A DNA stretch of 64,000 bases from Octopus vulgaris (lineage: Eukaryota), in NCBI GenBank assembly GCA_951406725.2, contig OX597822.1, positions 65,410,001 through 65,474,000 on the forward strand, read 5' to 3'. The first letter of the stretch is position 1. Every line of letters starts with the position of its first letter. The notes under the pieces were generated by a model. That model was not told the DNA's origin, did no database searches, and saw only the letters and a program-made list of their open reading frames with translations. The position numbers were made by a program, and so were the translations under genes. This document shows positions 44,545 to 58,305 of this stretch, piece after piece.

Positions 44545-44810
44545 TCCTTCTCGAACCACGGCTGGCTCATAAGCCGATTTGCTTGGCGTATAGGTCCCCC
44601 CAACCCATGGACAGGACGTCGGTCCGTCGCAGGAGAGCTGCACTATGCAGGAGGAAAGAGTGAGAGAAAGTTGTGGCGAGTCAGCAGAAGTTCGCCATTA
44701 CCTTCTGCCGGAGTCGCGTGGAACTTAGGTGTTTCGCTCATAAACACACACATCGTCCGGTCTGAGATTCGAACTCGCTGCTCTAACCACTAGATCATGT
44801 GCCTCCTCCT
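44545..44810 (-). mobile_element. tRNA-derived SINE family C
   Basis: Reverse complement is similar to 49507-49690. Confidence 0.7.
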
Positions 44811-44860
44811 ACGTATATATATTTATATGAGTGTGTGCTTGTATATATATATATACATAT

Positions 44861-44922
<62 letters not shown>

Positions 44923-44925
<3 letters not shown>

Positions 44926-45056
44926 GGTCCCGGGTTGAGTCGGGGTTAACCACAGTAAATAAGGTACTCAATACATAGCAGAGTAAAGTAATTTATTTTA
45001 TAGAAGGAGCTTCTACAGGACTAGAACTGTTTCATTCAGATGAAATCTTCAGGAAG

Positions 45057-45059
<3 letters not shown>
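44923..45059 (-). mobile_element. Solo ~137 bp hammerhead-plus-tail element in (TA)n (hammerhead 45008-45058)
   Basis: Homologous to 37145-37281. The stem II loop differs (atct vs tctt) while stems and core are conserved. Confidence 0.85.
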
Positions 45060-45117
<58 letters not shown>

Positions 45118-46445
45118 GTCAGTAGTGAATTTTTTGGCTAATTTTGGCTGATTCCTGCCCACAAAAACGCGAATGCTTTTGATGATATTATGTAGGTCTA
45201 CAATCACTTACGAATGAATCTATGGAAAAAATTATGTCAGACCTTATTCTTTACTTTCTAGATTCCTAATGATTTTTTTTTATTATATTCTAATGGCTCC
45301 TTCGTGTATTTTCTCTGAAAACATTATTGGACTGAAGAATGTTGTGGTCATAATGTGATAAAAATGAACATATTTTACGAGTTTTTTCAATTTCATGCCT
45401 GGTGACCACGGGTAAAACCTACATTGTTTTTATCCATAAAGAGATATGTTTTTGAATGGTCAGAATTGAATAAGAAATATCAATATTTATAGTAATAGTA
45501 ATTCTCTTCAATTTTTCTATAAAGAGAGACTTTTTATATCTCTCTACATTTTCTTTTTGATTTTTATTTACAAAAAGTTTTGGCAACAAAGTAAAGCTTC
45601 TTTTAAGAAACTTAAATATCACAAACGATTTGTAAAAGATTCGTTTATGATGAAAGATTCTTTGAAGTGGTTTACCAAGCGAATATAATTACACTTAATC
45701 ATTTGGAATGATATTTTTGTCCTACCCGCTTAATTTAATCATTGATTCGCCTGAACGTATTCACCCTATTGTTCATCTAATATATTCTTTACATGTGCTT
45801 TTATTCAAATAAACTTTAGTTGAACATCTGGTTTCATCTATACTACACACATTGTAGGACGGGCGGCATATTTGGTTATCTTTGATTTCATTTTGGGCCG
45901 AATTTGTTTCATCACTGATTATGACGAAAAACTTTACGGAAGAAAATAGCTAATAGAGCAAAGTACACACTATATAAAACGGACCTGGATGCCCTGTATT
46001 ATTACAAAAACTTAAATGAATATAATTGGCATTAAATATTCGGTGCAGAGTAGCACATTTATAAAATAAAAATACAAAAAACAAATAATAAGGATTCTAT
46101 GCTTTTTATTAATTTAAGCAATTCTTCTTTCCATAACACGATAATATGTGTAAGGTTAGGCAAGTTTATCTTCTTGTGCAATAGATGCCGTAAATGATCC
46201 AACGAAATCCTATTACAATGCTTTTAACATAGAGGGTAATGCACTCGTTCAATGTAGATAGAATATTACTCTGTCTTTCTTGAACTTAAATACACATATC
46301 TCATCAATTAAATGGCACAACAAAGCATCTGTTCCAACTACATATAAAACCATCCACTCGATTCTTTGCCTCACATACATTTTTCTCAATAGGCTACAAT
46401 ACATATCGCTGCCTGAGAGGTATGATTTATTAGTTTTATGATAAA

Positions 46446-47155
46446 GGCGCGTGGTTTAGTGGTTAAGGCGTTCAGATCAAGATTGTAATGTCGCGAGTTC
46501 AATTACCGGCGACGCGTTGTGTCCTTAAGCAAGACACTTTATTTCACATTGCCTCAGTCCACTCAGCTGGCAAAAATGATTTGTACCCATATTGCAAAGG
46601 GCCAGCCTTGTCACACTCTGTGTCACGCTGAATGTCCCTGACAACTACGTTAGGGGTACACGTGTCTTTGGATTGCTCAGCCACTTGCACGTTAATTTCA
46701 CGAGCAAGCTGTTCCGTTGATTATATACGCTGGGACCCTCAACGTTGCAACCGACAGAGTGCTCCTTTTTATATGTGTGTATATATATATGCATATATTT
46801 GTGTATATATATATATGTGTGTGTGTATATATATATATAACGTAAGGTTGTGAGTTCAATTCCCGGCGGCGCGTTGTGTCCTTGGCAAGACACCTTATTT
46901 CACGTTGCCTCAGTCCACTCAGACGGCAAAAATGATTTGTACCCATATAGCAAAGGGCCAGCCTTGTCACACTCTGTGTCACGCTGTATCTCCCTGACAA
47001 CTACGTTAGGGGTACACGTGTCTTTGGATTGCTCAGCCACTTGCACGTTAATTTCACAAGCAAGCTGTTCCGTTGATTATATATGCTGGGACCCTCAACG
47101 TTGCAACCGACAGAGTGCTCCTTTTTATATGTGTGTATATATATATGCATATATT

Positions 47156-47234
<79 letters not shown>

Positions 47235-47520
47235 ATATAAGGTAATGTTGTGAGTTCAATTCCCGGCGGCGCGTTGTGTCCTTGGCAAGACACCTTATTT
47301 CACGTTGCCTCAGTCCACTCAGACGGCAAAAATGATTTGTACCCATATAGCAAAGGGCCAGCCTTGTCACACTCTGTGTCACGCTGTATCTCCCTGACAA
47401 CAACGTTAGGGGTACACGTGTCTTTGGATTGCTCAGCCACTTGCACGTTAATTTCACAAGCAAGCTGTTCCGTTGATTATATCAGCTGGGACCTCCGTCG
47501 TCGTAACCGACGGAGTGCTT
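46446..47520 (+). mobile_element. Three tandem copies (~400 bp period) of tRNA-derived SINE family D
   Basis: ggcgcgtggtttagtggttaagg...gagttcaatt...gttgtgtccttggcaagacac... Units start at ~46446, 46841 and 47243. Only the first has the A-box. Confidence 0.88.
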
Positions 47521-48247
47521 CTTTATTAGCTCTACGAAAGAAAAAAAATGGATTAACTCTTTTTACCTTGACATATTTTCTACAATGCTGTACGTATTCA
47601 ATATCAATTAAGTTCATTTAATATTTACAATAACGCAAGGCTATCATAGTTATCCTACACAGTATTTACCCAGCTTTAATAGCTGTTCATAAAAGTAAGA
47701 AATTTCCTTTGAAATAATGCGCAAGTTCAATATCATACAGGTTTTCATAACAAAATATTAAGCTAATCACATATGCTGCAAGACTTAAAATATATAATCT
47801 AGCATTTTTCGTTATTAATGTTACGTTCAAAGAAAATATAAATGCAATATTATTTTGACATCTCTTATATGTTTTGTTATAATTTAAAATAATAGCTTTG
47901 TTATTAGTTTTGTATTTACTCTTAAAGCATTCGTTGTGGCAGTAAAACTCTGTTATAATATATTACAGTTTAATTTTAAATGTAGCAATTCAGGCAAGTT
48001 TAAGCAACAAATGTTTTAATTTTCTCTTTTATCTTCTCCCTGTCAGGCCGCGTTGATTATCTTGTCCTCCGTATCGTCCACGAGATCAGGAAAGAGAGAA
48101 TGATTCATTTTTCATACACTATCTTAAAATATACGTCACTTTTGTTTTGAATTATTTATAACGACAGATAATGTTTTACCGAACGGCTGCATGCACCTGA
48201 GGAGAAATGACACCAGATTGTTACAAATCATTTATAAAGTTATATAT

Positions 48248-48655
48248 AGTGGCTGTGTGGTAAGTAGTTTGCATACCAACCACATGGTTCCGGTTTCAGC
48301 CTCACTGCGTGGCACCTTGAGCAAGTGTTTTTTACTATAGCCTCGGGCTGACCAAAGTCTTGTGAGTGGATTTGGTAGACGGAAACTGAAAAGAAGCCCA
48401 TCGTATATATGTATATGTATACATGGATGTGTGTGTATATGTTTGTGTGTCTGTGTTTGTAACCCCCTCAACATAGCTTGACAACCTGATGTTGGTGTGT
48501 TTACCGTCCCCGTAACATAGCGGTTCGGCAAAAGAGACCGATAGAATATGTACTAGGCTTCCAAAGAATAAATCCTGGGGTCGATTTGCTCGACTAAAGG
48601 CGGTGCTCGAGCATGGCCACAGCTAAATAACTGAAACAAGTAAAAGAGTAAAGTT
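48248..48655 (+). mobile_element. SINE family B
   Basis: Same head, body and tail as 26005. Confidence 0.88.
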
Positions 48656-48736
48656 ACATAATAGGCACTCGTTACCACTTTTGAAGCAGCGGTAGTATTC
48701 GACTAATTCTTCGATTCTTCATATTTACATACTTGA

Positions 48737-48767
<31 letters not shown>

Positions 48768-49033
48768 CATACATACATACATACATACATACATACATGC
48801 ATGCATGCATACATACAAACATACATACATACATACATACATATATACATACATACATGCATACATACAAACATACATACATACATACAGTGCTGCTTTG
48901 GTATGTGATCTACGTGTCATGAAACTGCTTTGGTATGAGATTTACGCTTTATATTCTGATCTGCAACAAGAAAGGTTATACTTATCACGTACAGCTTTTC
49001 CAGCTGATGGTTATTCGATTCGCCTACAGTATT

Positions 49034-49250
49034 AGTAAACATGTTTCAAATTTGCTTCATTCTAATTTCTTTTTAATAATAAATGTATTAAATAATGAAT
49101 TTTGATAATAAATGTATTAACGATAAAATTAGTAAACTTTTTCAAATATGTTTCAAATTTGCTTCATTCTAATTTCTTTTTAATAACAAATGTATTAAAT
49201 AATGAATTTTGATAATAAATGTATTAATGATAAAATTAGTAAACTTATTT
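49034..49250. repeat. AT-rich tandem duplication, 2 x ~110 bp
   Basis: atgtttcaaatttgcttcattctaatttc...aaattagtaaactt occurs twice. Confidence 0.85.
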
Positions 49251-49506
49251 AAAATTTCCTTTTAATAATAAATGTATAAAATGTATAAACGTTTCAATTC
49301 TCTATTTTTCCCTTTTCTAGCTGATGTTCGTTCGATTCGCCCGTTTCAAATCTACTTCATTTTAATTTTTTTTTAAATAAATCAATAAAAATGTATGACT
49401 GTTTAAATTAAGCCACGATAAATAAATGAAACATGCAGATCGCATACCAAGGTAGCACCCATACATACATGCATACATACATACATATATATACATACAT
49501 ATATAT

Positions 49507-49690
49507 GGAGGCGCAATGGCCCACTGGTTAAGGCAGCGGACTCGCGGTTGTAGGATCGCGGTTTCGATTCCCAGACCGGGGGTTGTGAGTGTTTATTGAG
49601 CGAAAACACCTAAAGATCCACGAGGCTCCGGCAGGAGGTGGAGGCGATCCCTGCTGTACTCTTTCGCCACAACTTTCTCTCGCTCTTTCT
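49507..49690 (+). mobile_element. SINE family C 5' part
   Basis: ggaggcgcaatggcccactggttaagg...ggtttcgattcccagacc (A/B boxes). Confidence 0.75.
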
Positions 49691-49694
49691 GAGG

Positions 49695-50305
49695 AATGTA
49701 CAGGTACTCTATCAAGATTCCAAGTTCAGATTTATACCTGTGATTATTGGGGCCCTGAGATATGTAAAACAATACCTAAATACCAATATTAAGAAATTAG
49801 GCTCCTCAAAATCAGAAAGGAGAAAGCTGATTCGAAGACTACAGATCCACGCCATCACTGGGACTGTAAAAACCTGTAAGACTTTCCAGAAAATTATCAT
49901 TTGAATATATACGAGCTTATCTAGATATGCAAGTATTTGCATGATAAAACAAAACATACAAATTTGAATACCTACATACATACATACATACATACATACA
50001 TACATACATACATACATACATAAAGCAAAACATAGAAAACTGCACATATACATACATACATACGTACATACAAAAATACTCTCTTGTTGATGTTAAAATT
50101 CTCATGAGGGAGCATTGGATCTAGGTTAGAAACCGGCTCTTTCTCTATTGGGAAGAAATAAAACTGAGCAACGACATACATACGTGCATATAAAAATACC
50201 CTATTGATGTTGGAATTCCAATGAAAGATCCTCGGATCTAGGTTAGAAACCGACTCTTTCTCTATTGGTAAGAAATCTTGAAATAAAACTGAATAATGAC
50301 GTACT
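49695..50305 (+). mobile_element. 3' end of REL-endonuclease LINE with (TACA)n-containing 3' UTR
   Basis: FRFIPVIIGALRYV...KKLG...LIRRLQIHAITGTVKTCKTF*, then UTR, (TACA)n and two copies of a stem-loop module. Confidence 0.7.
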
Positions 50306-51099
50306 TACATACGCACGCGCGCACATGCGCGCGTGTGTGTGTGTGTGCGCATGTGCGTGTGTGTACGTGTGTGTACATATACACATAAAACTGACACGCA
50401 AATACACACATACGTATTTGTGAATGCGCGTCTATTGCCAAAATAATCAAATTATTGTAAAGACCTAAGAAAGAATCAGAAAGAATTCATTCTAGGATAG
50501 AAAAGAAGCTTCCAGAACCAGAAATCTTGCTTTGTAAGTGAATAGCTTTTGGTCTTCACCTACTTTGAACATTTGAATGGAGATCCTTTGATTTAAGAAA
50601 TTTTGTTTATTGGAATATCATCAAATAGAGACGAATGTAAGTTCAGCTGCCTAAGACCAAAGTAATTGAGCGGATCGGTTGATCTTTCATACTTGGGAGA
50701 TTTATTTGTGGCGTGTTTTAACATTTACTTGTGTTGTAAATCTGTATGTCTAATGACAGGATATTTACAGAGAAAAACGACGCGCAAAACACAAAAGTTA
50801 CAAATAAGTTAAGAAATTTTTAACGCCGTTCAATAATGTTGGAGATGATGGTCACAAAAGTAGGAACAACACCAAGAGCAACAGCAATAAGAACACCAAC
50901 ATCATCAAACAAAACAGCAACATCAACGATGAGGATTTCAAATTTTGGTAGAAGGCCAATAATTTCGAGGCAACGGTAAGTCAAGTACATCGACCTTAGT
51001 GTCCAGATCATATATATTTCATCGACCCCGAACGGATGAAAGACAAAGTCGACCCCAGTGGAATTTGGACTGGGAACATGAAGACAGACTAAATGCCGC

Positions 51100-52700
51100 T
51101 AACGCTGTGTGTGAAGGACGTTACCGCGCAGGATTTGTGGCGTGGAAAAGGAATACCTGGTCAATATGAAGAGAAAATGTATGAAGATAATGGCTATGCA
51201 TGAGTACTATCATACTAGATGTAACATAGCGAGGCTTTCCTTAACTACGAAGGAAGGTGGAAGAGGATTGGTTGGAATAGTGGATAGTAATATGAAAGAG
51301 ATCGTGTCCTTACACGCCTAACGGAAGAATCGTGAAGATAGAATGTTGCAGGTAGCACTGAGTGAAAAGGTGATCAGTGACAATGGTGAAACCCTCCAGG
51401 AGTACAATATGAGGACTAACAGAGGAAAAGATCATCAGCTGGGGGAATAAAAGTCAAGCAGGGAGAGTTTTAGATAATAGCAGGAAGTAATCAGCTGGGG
51501 GAATAAAATCCTCTAGGGAGAGTTTACTAAGAAACATCGGATGAAGCTGATACAGAAGCTTGGACATGGTTTCTTTTTTTTTTCAAAGAAGGAGACAGTG
51601 GGACTGAGTTTTTGTTATTCAAGAACAAGGTTTACGAAGTGACTCAATCAAGTGTGGCATTGATAAATTAACAGAAGACTTTTGTGCAGATTATGTGAAA
51701 ATCATCTGAGACTGTTAGACATACAAATAGTGGATGCTGAAAACTAATCGAAAACATGTACAATGCACGCTATGACAAAGTGGCAGTGCGAATACACTGG
51801 GAATTGTGAAGGAAGTATGGGGATAAAATGTTGCAACTAGTTGTATGAACATCACCTTTTGCCAGTAACAGAAAATGATCAGGTGAAACTCACGTGGGTT
51901 ATGCTACTCTCTATATAGATAAGTAGTTACTGGGTGGCAACGTTAATCAGTGATGTGTATGAATATAAGGTTATCACCAGTTGAAATATGCTTGGAGCAT
52001 ATTTGGTCTCGTAAGAAAGTCATTTACTGTGAGAAAATTCATGGAGAAAATTTCACTTTGTAAACTAATGGTGTAAATACAGCAACATCAGCTCGTATCG
52101 CCACCTACTTGTGAGGTGCAAGCACTTTGGAGTGTTTATCTACTCTTCATTCACAGAAGTTGCACAGAAGGGTACAATGTAAGCTGAGATAGTCTCTAAG
52201 CTGCAAGAAGGAACTGAGATGTGACATAGATAACTCAGGAGAAGTAAGAGATTGTTTCTTTATTATATTCTTAACATCATACAAGAATATGACTGGTAGC
52301 GCTAATCGGCGGCTCACGGTGAACAAATTACGAGGTGGCAGCACTAAGCATTGTTGTGTATAAATACAAGGCTTGCTTACATATGTTTATAGAGAGAAAT
52401 TTTCTCCGTATCAAAATACAGTGAATTACTTTCGAATACGCTCGAAACATATTTGAATTGGTAATAATCTTGTACAGATAAAAGACTGCAACATAATCAA
52501 GCAGACTTTGGACTCCTGCTACAGAATGAGTCTAAAGAATGGAACTTCATCGACGTACCTTAACTCGCAGACCAGAATATTGTGAAGAAAGGGGAGGAGA
52601 AAGTCGGGAATTACTAAGATCTGGTATTAGAAGTAAAACGTACCCATAGAGACTCAAAAGTGAATGTGGCGCCGAACCCCATCGGATCACCTTGAAGGAA
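51100..52700 (+). pseudogene. Decayed R4/Dong-like LINE (post-RT region, CCHC knuckle, REL endonuclease), interrupted ~51920-52480
   Basis: RLSLTTKEGGRGL (~51230); QEQGLRS...CRLC..ETVRHTNSGC..YNARYDKVAVRIHWEL (~51620-51810); FIDVP*LADQNIVKKGEEKVGNY*DL (~52545-52625). Stops and frameshifts are present. Confidence 0.8.
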
Positions 52701-52959
52701 GCAGTATTCTGGCATTAAAGCTGCAAAAACCAAACTTCATAGGTAGTACTCACTTGGCAGAAATATTTGGAACGAGACATCTATTGAGAAAAATGTTGCA
52801 TCTCTAAGCTGCAAGAAGACGATACGTGACATAGATAACCTAGGAGAAGGCATGATAGAATAATGATGATGATGATGATGATGATGATGAGGAGGAGGAG
52901 GATGAGGATGATGATGATGATGATGATGTGCAAAAAGTAGTTTATAGAGAGATGCAAGA

Positions 52960-53440
52960 CGTGGTATTAGCACTGGGAGAACTGCAAAATCCTGTGGGAT
53001 TTCCCAAAATACACAGATCGGGTGCTAGAGCATAACAGACCGAATCTATCGGTAGGGGACAAGATGCGCCACTTGTGTTATATACTCGATGTTACATGCT
53101 CCTTTGGCCGACGGATAGTCATGACGGAAGGCGAAAATACAGATGTATACAATCCCCTTAAGAAATAGACTGGTTATAGAAAAGGAAGGTGAAGATAGTG
53201 CAAGATATTGTTGGGTCATTGGGGACAGTATCAGAAGGCATCAAGGGGAATATAAAAGAAATCGGAATAGAGTGCACAATAGAACTGGTTCAAAAGGATT
53301 GTCTACTTGGCAGGGCCTTAATAATCAAGTAAGTATTAGAGAGTTGAAAGGAACAGATAGCTTGGTACCGTAAGCTGTAGATAACAAGCCCGCTATGCAT
53401 GCAAGACTCCAGGAGTTCCAACAAAACCTGAATTAAAAAT
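52960..53440 (+). pseudogene. Second R4/Dong-like LINE 3' end, ending in (TAA)n
   Basis: ENCKILWDFPKYTDRVLEHNRPNL..YILDVTCSF and IVGSLGTVSEGIKGNIKEIGIECTIELVQKDCLLG, followed by a UTR and then (TAA)n. Confidence 0.8.
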
Positions 53441-53474
53441 AATGATGATGATGATAATAATAATAATAATAATG

Positions 53475-53571
<97 letters not shown>

Positions 53572-54329
53572 TAATAATAATAATAATAAGGATTATGATT
53601 TCAAATTTTGGCACAAAGCCATCAATTTCAGAAGGGGGAAAAGTCGATTATATCGACAGTAGAGCTGAACTGCTATTTATTTTATCGACCCCGACAATAT
53701 GAAATTTGAACTCTGAACGTATGACGAAATGCCGCTAAGCATTTTGTCCGTCTTGCTAAATATAATAATGATAATAATTATTGTATGTCAATAGTTAAGA
53801 CCATATTTGTGTCCCATAAAAATAAAATGCATACAAAAGAACCATTACGTCTACATCATTAATCTCGTTGTTCGAACTAGTTTCATTTTTATGTTATCAA
53901 TAATAGCAATTATAACACTGCCTTCCCTGACTTGCGTATTTTGCTGTAGGGCTGGGAATATTTTGGTATTTTGGTTGTTCTTGTTATTGCAAATGTATTG
54001 ATTAATGGCGAAGCAGGAAACTTATCACAAAAGGACAATTGGAAGATCGAAGTTGGAAGTAAAAGACTAGAGTGCTTGAGAAAATATATAAAAAAAACAT
54101 TGTGAGGGAAAAATAACAGAGAAAGGAAAAGGAAAATCGGAAACGGACAGGAAAACATCATAAATTTAAGAAAAGAAACCAAATAAGTGTATGGGTGGCT
54201 GTCTGTGAGCATGGGCTTCAGTATTTCAGCTACATACATATATACACACATATATACATACACCCATGTATATATATATATAAATATATCTATCTACCTA
54301 TATGTATATGTATGTATACTCATATAAAA

Positions 54330-54364
<35 letters not shown>

Positions 54365-54440
54365 GCTCATACAAAAGCATATATGTATAGGTATATATAT
54401 ATATATATATATATACGCTCATACAAATGCATATATGTAT

Positions 54441-54478
<38 letters not shown>

Positions 54479-55269
54479 CTCTATGTCTGTATATGTCAAT
54501 CTCTATATACACACATGCCAGTACATGTACAAATTTTATACATATATGTATACATATGCATATGTACATATATATGTATATATATTTATATATATGTGTG
54601 TGTGTGTACATATGCATATGTGTGTGTGAGTGTGTATATATGAATATGCGTATGTACGTGTGTCGTACAACTATGTTAGACGCATTCTAGGTCAGTACTG
54701 ATGTATACGGCGTATACATATTGTGCGTACGCACACATACACAGAAGTGTGTGCGCGCACACAGACATCACGTACGCATAGCCGCACGTACGCAAGTTCA
54801 CAAATGAAGTCTTGCATATGGCTATCGATTGATTTCGGATCGATCTCATACTAAAAAAAAAAGTGCACAGATACCAAACCTGAAGTAAAACTCAGTAACG
54901 AATAGACTTGCATTATAATAAACTCTTTTTGCAGTATTGTTTTCTGTCATGTTGCAGTTATGGACGATTTCATATAATGCCTCTAAATTAGGATCTGTTC
55001 ATATCGGCCTTCAAAAACCAATCAATAAATCGATTGATTTGTTTCACTGATTTTGGTGACAAGTTTACAATAGAAAGTACACAGGCATTGTATATAAATT
55101 TAAAGCGGGTTGGTGGGGTGGGGTGGGTTTAAGAATTACAAATAGAGGGAATAGAATAGAAAAAAATAGGAGCTAGAAATAACATACACGTGAGCTAGAA
55201 ACAACACGAGAACGAAGAGAAAAGATGAACTAGTAGAAATAGTAGCAACTGCAGCAGTCACAGCAGTGG

Positions 55270-55705
<436 letters not shown>

Positions 55706-55796
55706 CAGATATAAGTATCATATTGAAACCGTATTAAGGAAGGATAGGAAAATATTAGATTTATAGGCCCTAAATTTCACTTCATAATTGCCCACG

Positions 55797-55930
55797 GGCA
55801 AATGGCGTAGTGGTTAAGAGGGCGGGCTACTAACCCCAAGATTCCCAACATCCGTCAAATGTAAATAATGTAAATATACGTCAAATGTAAATAATGTACA
55901 TAATGCCTCCTTTCTGAAATATAGAACTGC
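55797..55930 (+). mobile_element. tRNA-like SINE head joined to the tail of the 23726/42618 PLE-like family
   Basis: tggcgtagtggttaagag... then atccgtcaaatgtaaataatgtacataatgcctcc...aaatatagaactg. Confidence 0.55.
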
Positions 55931-56015
55931 TTATTTACAGAGCTACGATAGGGATTATCATAATTTGCCGCATTTTACGCTGGGATAAATTAATAAAGTT
56001 TTATATGGGTTTGTG

Positions 56016-56066
<51 letters not shown>

Positions 56067-56857
56067 CTACGTGTATAAAATTCTATATCTATGTGTGTAT
56101 GTTTGTACGCCTGCTCCTCTCTCTCTCTCTCTCTTTCTATCTATCTATATTTCTGTCTATCTTTGTGTCTGTCTGCTTGTCGATCTAACCGTATACCCAT
56201 GACCTCGTTAAAAATTCACTATTTTATATGCAAATAAATATGTACGCAAGCATGTATGTATGTATCTATGTAAACATACACCACCACCCCACACACACAC
56301 ACACACATACATATATATGTATATGTGAACATTCAACTTCACTTGGCTGTGTTATTGTAACCGCAGTAAACCGCCGTAATCACCCTTAGAAATCATTTCT
56401 TACAGACGTTAAATGCTGAAAAAAAAGCACAGATATTATCGGTAGAAGAAATTTCTTCAGCACCAGATGTGAATTTAGTGAAATTTGTGCTACCTCCGCA
56501 ACAGGAACCCTACAAGTGAATGGCAGGTCGAATTTTATTCAAATCGATATCGTTTACAACTGACTAAATAGTCAGAGATATCGCGAAGAGCTGTTGGACT
56601 GTGTATAATCTAGCTATTAGTGAGAGAAACAGCCTTTGAGCCTTTGTTACGAATATAAATTCGCACATTCAACTAAACTTACAAGAATGTATTGAAGAAA
56701 AAAAAAAACACAGGCAAGTTCAAAATGAATGGATCATAACTGGGTAGCAAAATGTCTTGTCGGAATCAATAACCACCGTGAGGAAATTGGGAGCACATGG
56801 TAGCCGCGTATAGGGCTTAAAGACAGAAGGCAAATATGACCAAGTTACATATGTATG

Positions 56858-57430
56858 TTATTGTTCAGTTTATTTCAAGATTTCTTGCAAATAGAGAAAG
56901 AATCAGTTTCTAACCTAGATCCAAAGCTCCTTCATTGGAAATTCACCATCAACAACAAGGTATTTTATATGTATGTATGTAAGTATGTATGTATGTATGT
57001 ATGTATGTATGTATGTATGTATGTATGTATGTATGTATGTATGTATGTATGTATGAATGTATGAATGTATGTGCAGATTTGTATATTGTATATTTTATGT
57101 ATGTATTTTCATGCATATAGTAGCATATCTAGACATGCTCATATATATTTAGATAAACTTCTGGGAAGTTTTACAAATCTTTTACAGTTCCAGTGATGGA
57201 TTGAATCTGTAGCCTTTGAATTAGCTTTCTCGTTTCTGGTTTTGAGAAACCTAATTTCTCAAGATTGGTATTTAGGCAGTGTTTTACATATCCCAGGCCC
57301 CCAATAATTACAAGTATAAACCTGAACTTCTAATCTGGATAGAGGAACTGTAGATTTCTCAATAGTTCTCTTTTACACTGATCTTTAGCTTTATGTTAAC
57401 ATCCGCTGGGCTACTAAATTCCATAACTGT
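56858..57430 (-). mobile_element. Second copy of the TACA-associated REL LINE 3' end
   Basis: Reverse complement of 49695-50175 in the same order: ORF end, UTR, (TACA)n, stem-loop module. Confidence 0.75.
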
Positions 57431-57554
57431 GCGCAGTTTCTCGTCTCTATCCCAAAATGTATGTATGTAGATATGTATGTGCATACGTATGTATTTATGT
57501 ATCTATATAATAAATAATAAATAATATATATACACACACACACGCATGCGTATA

Positions 57555-57806
57555 TGGGTACAGGACGTCACCAACGGTGCAAATAACATGAAACACGTAA
57601 ACTACGAGAAAAAATGGAAAACAGGACGAGGTAACACAGAAAAATGACTCTTCAACAGTTGTCGGCTGTCTACTCCTGATTTCGAGCATTCAATGGCAAT
57701 ATGAGTCTTCAAAGAAAGTTGCCTCCATGGACCCTAATTTTGGATTTATGGAGGGTCAAAGTTGGGAACAAAAACTGACGGTGGGGACATGCAAGGAAAC
57801 CGAACG

Positions 57807-57810
<4 letters not shown>
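57555..57810 (-). mobile_element. PLE-like non-coding element with decayed hammerhead-like core
   Basis: Minus strand: tTGAAGA...gctc-GAAA-tcagga-GTA-gacag. Flanked by microsatellites. Confidence 0.4.
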
Positions 57811-57837
<27 letters not shown>

Positions 57838-57903
57838 TGAATGTGTTATATATATATATATATATATACGAATGTGTGTTTATATATATCTGTGTATGCG
57901 TAC

Positions 57904-57977
<74 letters not shown>

Positions 57978-57979
<2 letters not shown>

Positions 57980-58305
57980 GCGCATGGATCAGTGGTTAGA
58001 GCGTCGAGCTTACGATCGTGAGGTTGTGAGCTCGAATCCCGGACCGGGCTGCGTGTTGTGTTCTCGAGCAAGGCACTTTATTTCACGTTGCTCCAGTTCA
58101 CTCAGCTGTAGAAATGAGTTGCGACGTCACAGGTGCCAAGCTGTATCGACCTTTGTCTTTCCCTTGGATAACACTGGTGGAGAGGGGAGGCTGGTATGCA
58201 TGGGCGACTGCTGGCCTTCCATAAACAACCTTACCCGGACTTGTGTCTAGGAGGGTAACTTTCTAGGTGCAATCCCATGGTCATTCATGACCGAAGGGGG
58301 TCTTT
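57978..58305 (+). mobile_element. tRNA-derived SINE related to family D
   Basis: ggcgcatggatcagtggttagagcg...gagctcgaatcccgg...gagcaaggcactttatttcacgttgctccagttcactcagctg. Confidence 0.82.

Noticed and set aside
48020-48105. Strong polypyrimidine tract plus AG, a possible splice acceptor
   Set aside because: Only a short unrecognisable frame follows, which cannot support an exon.
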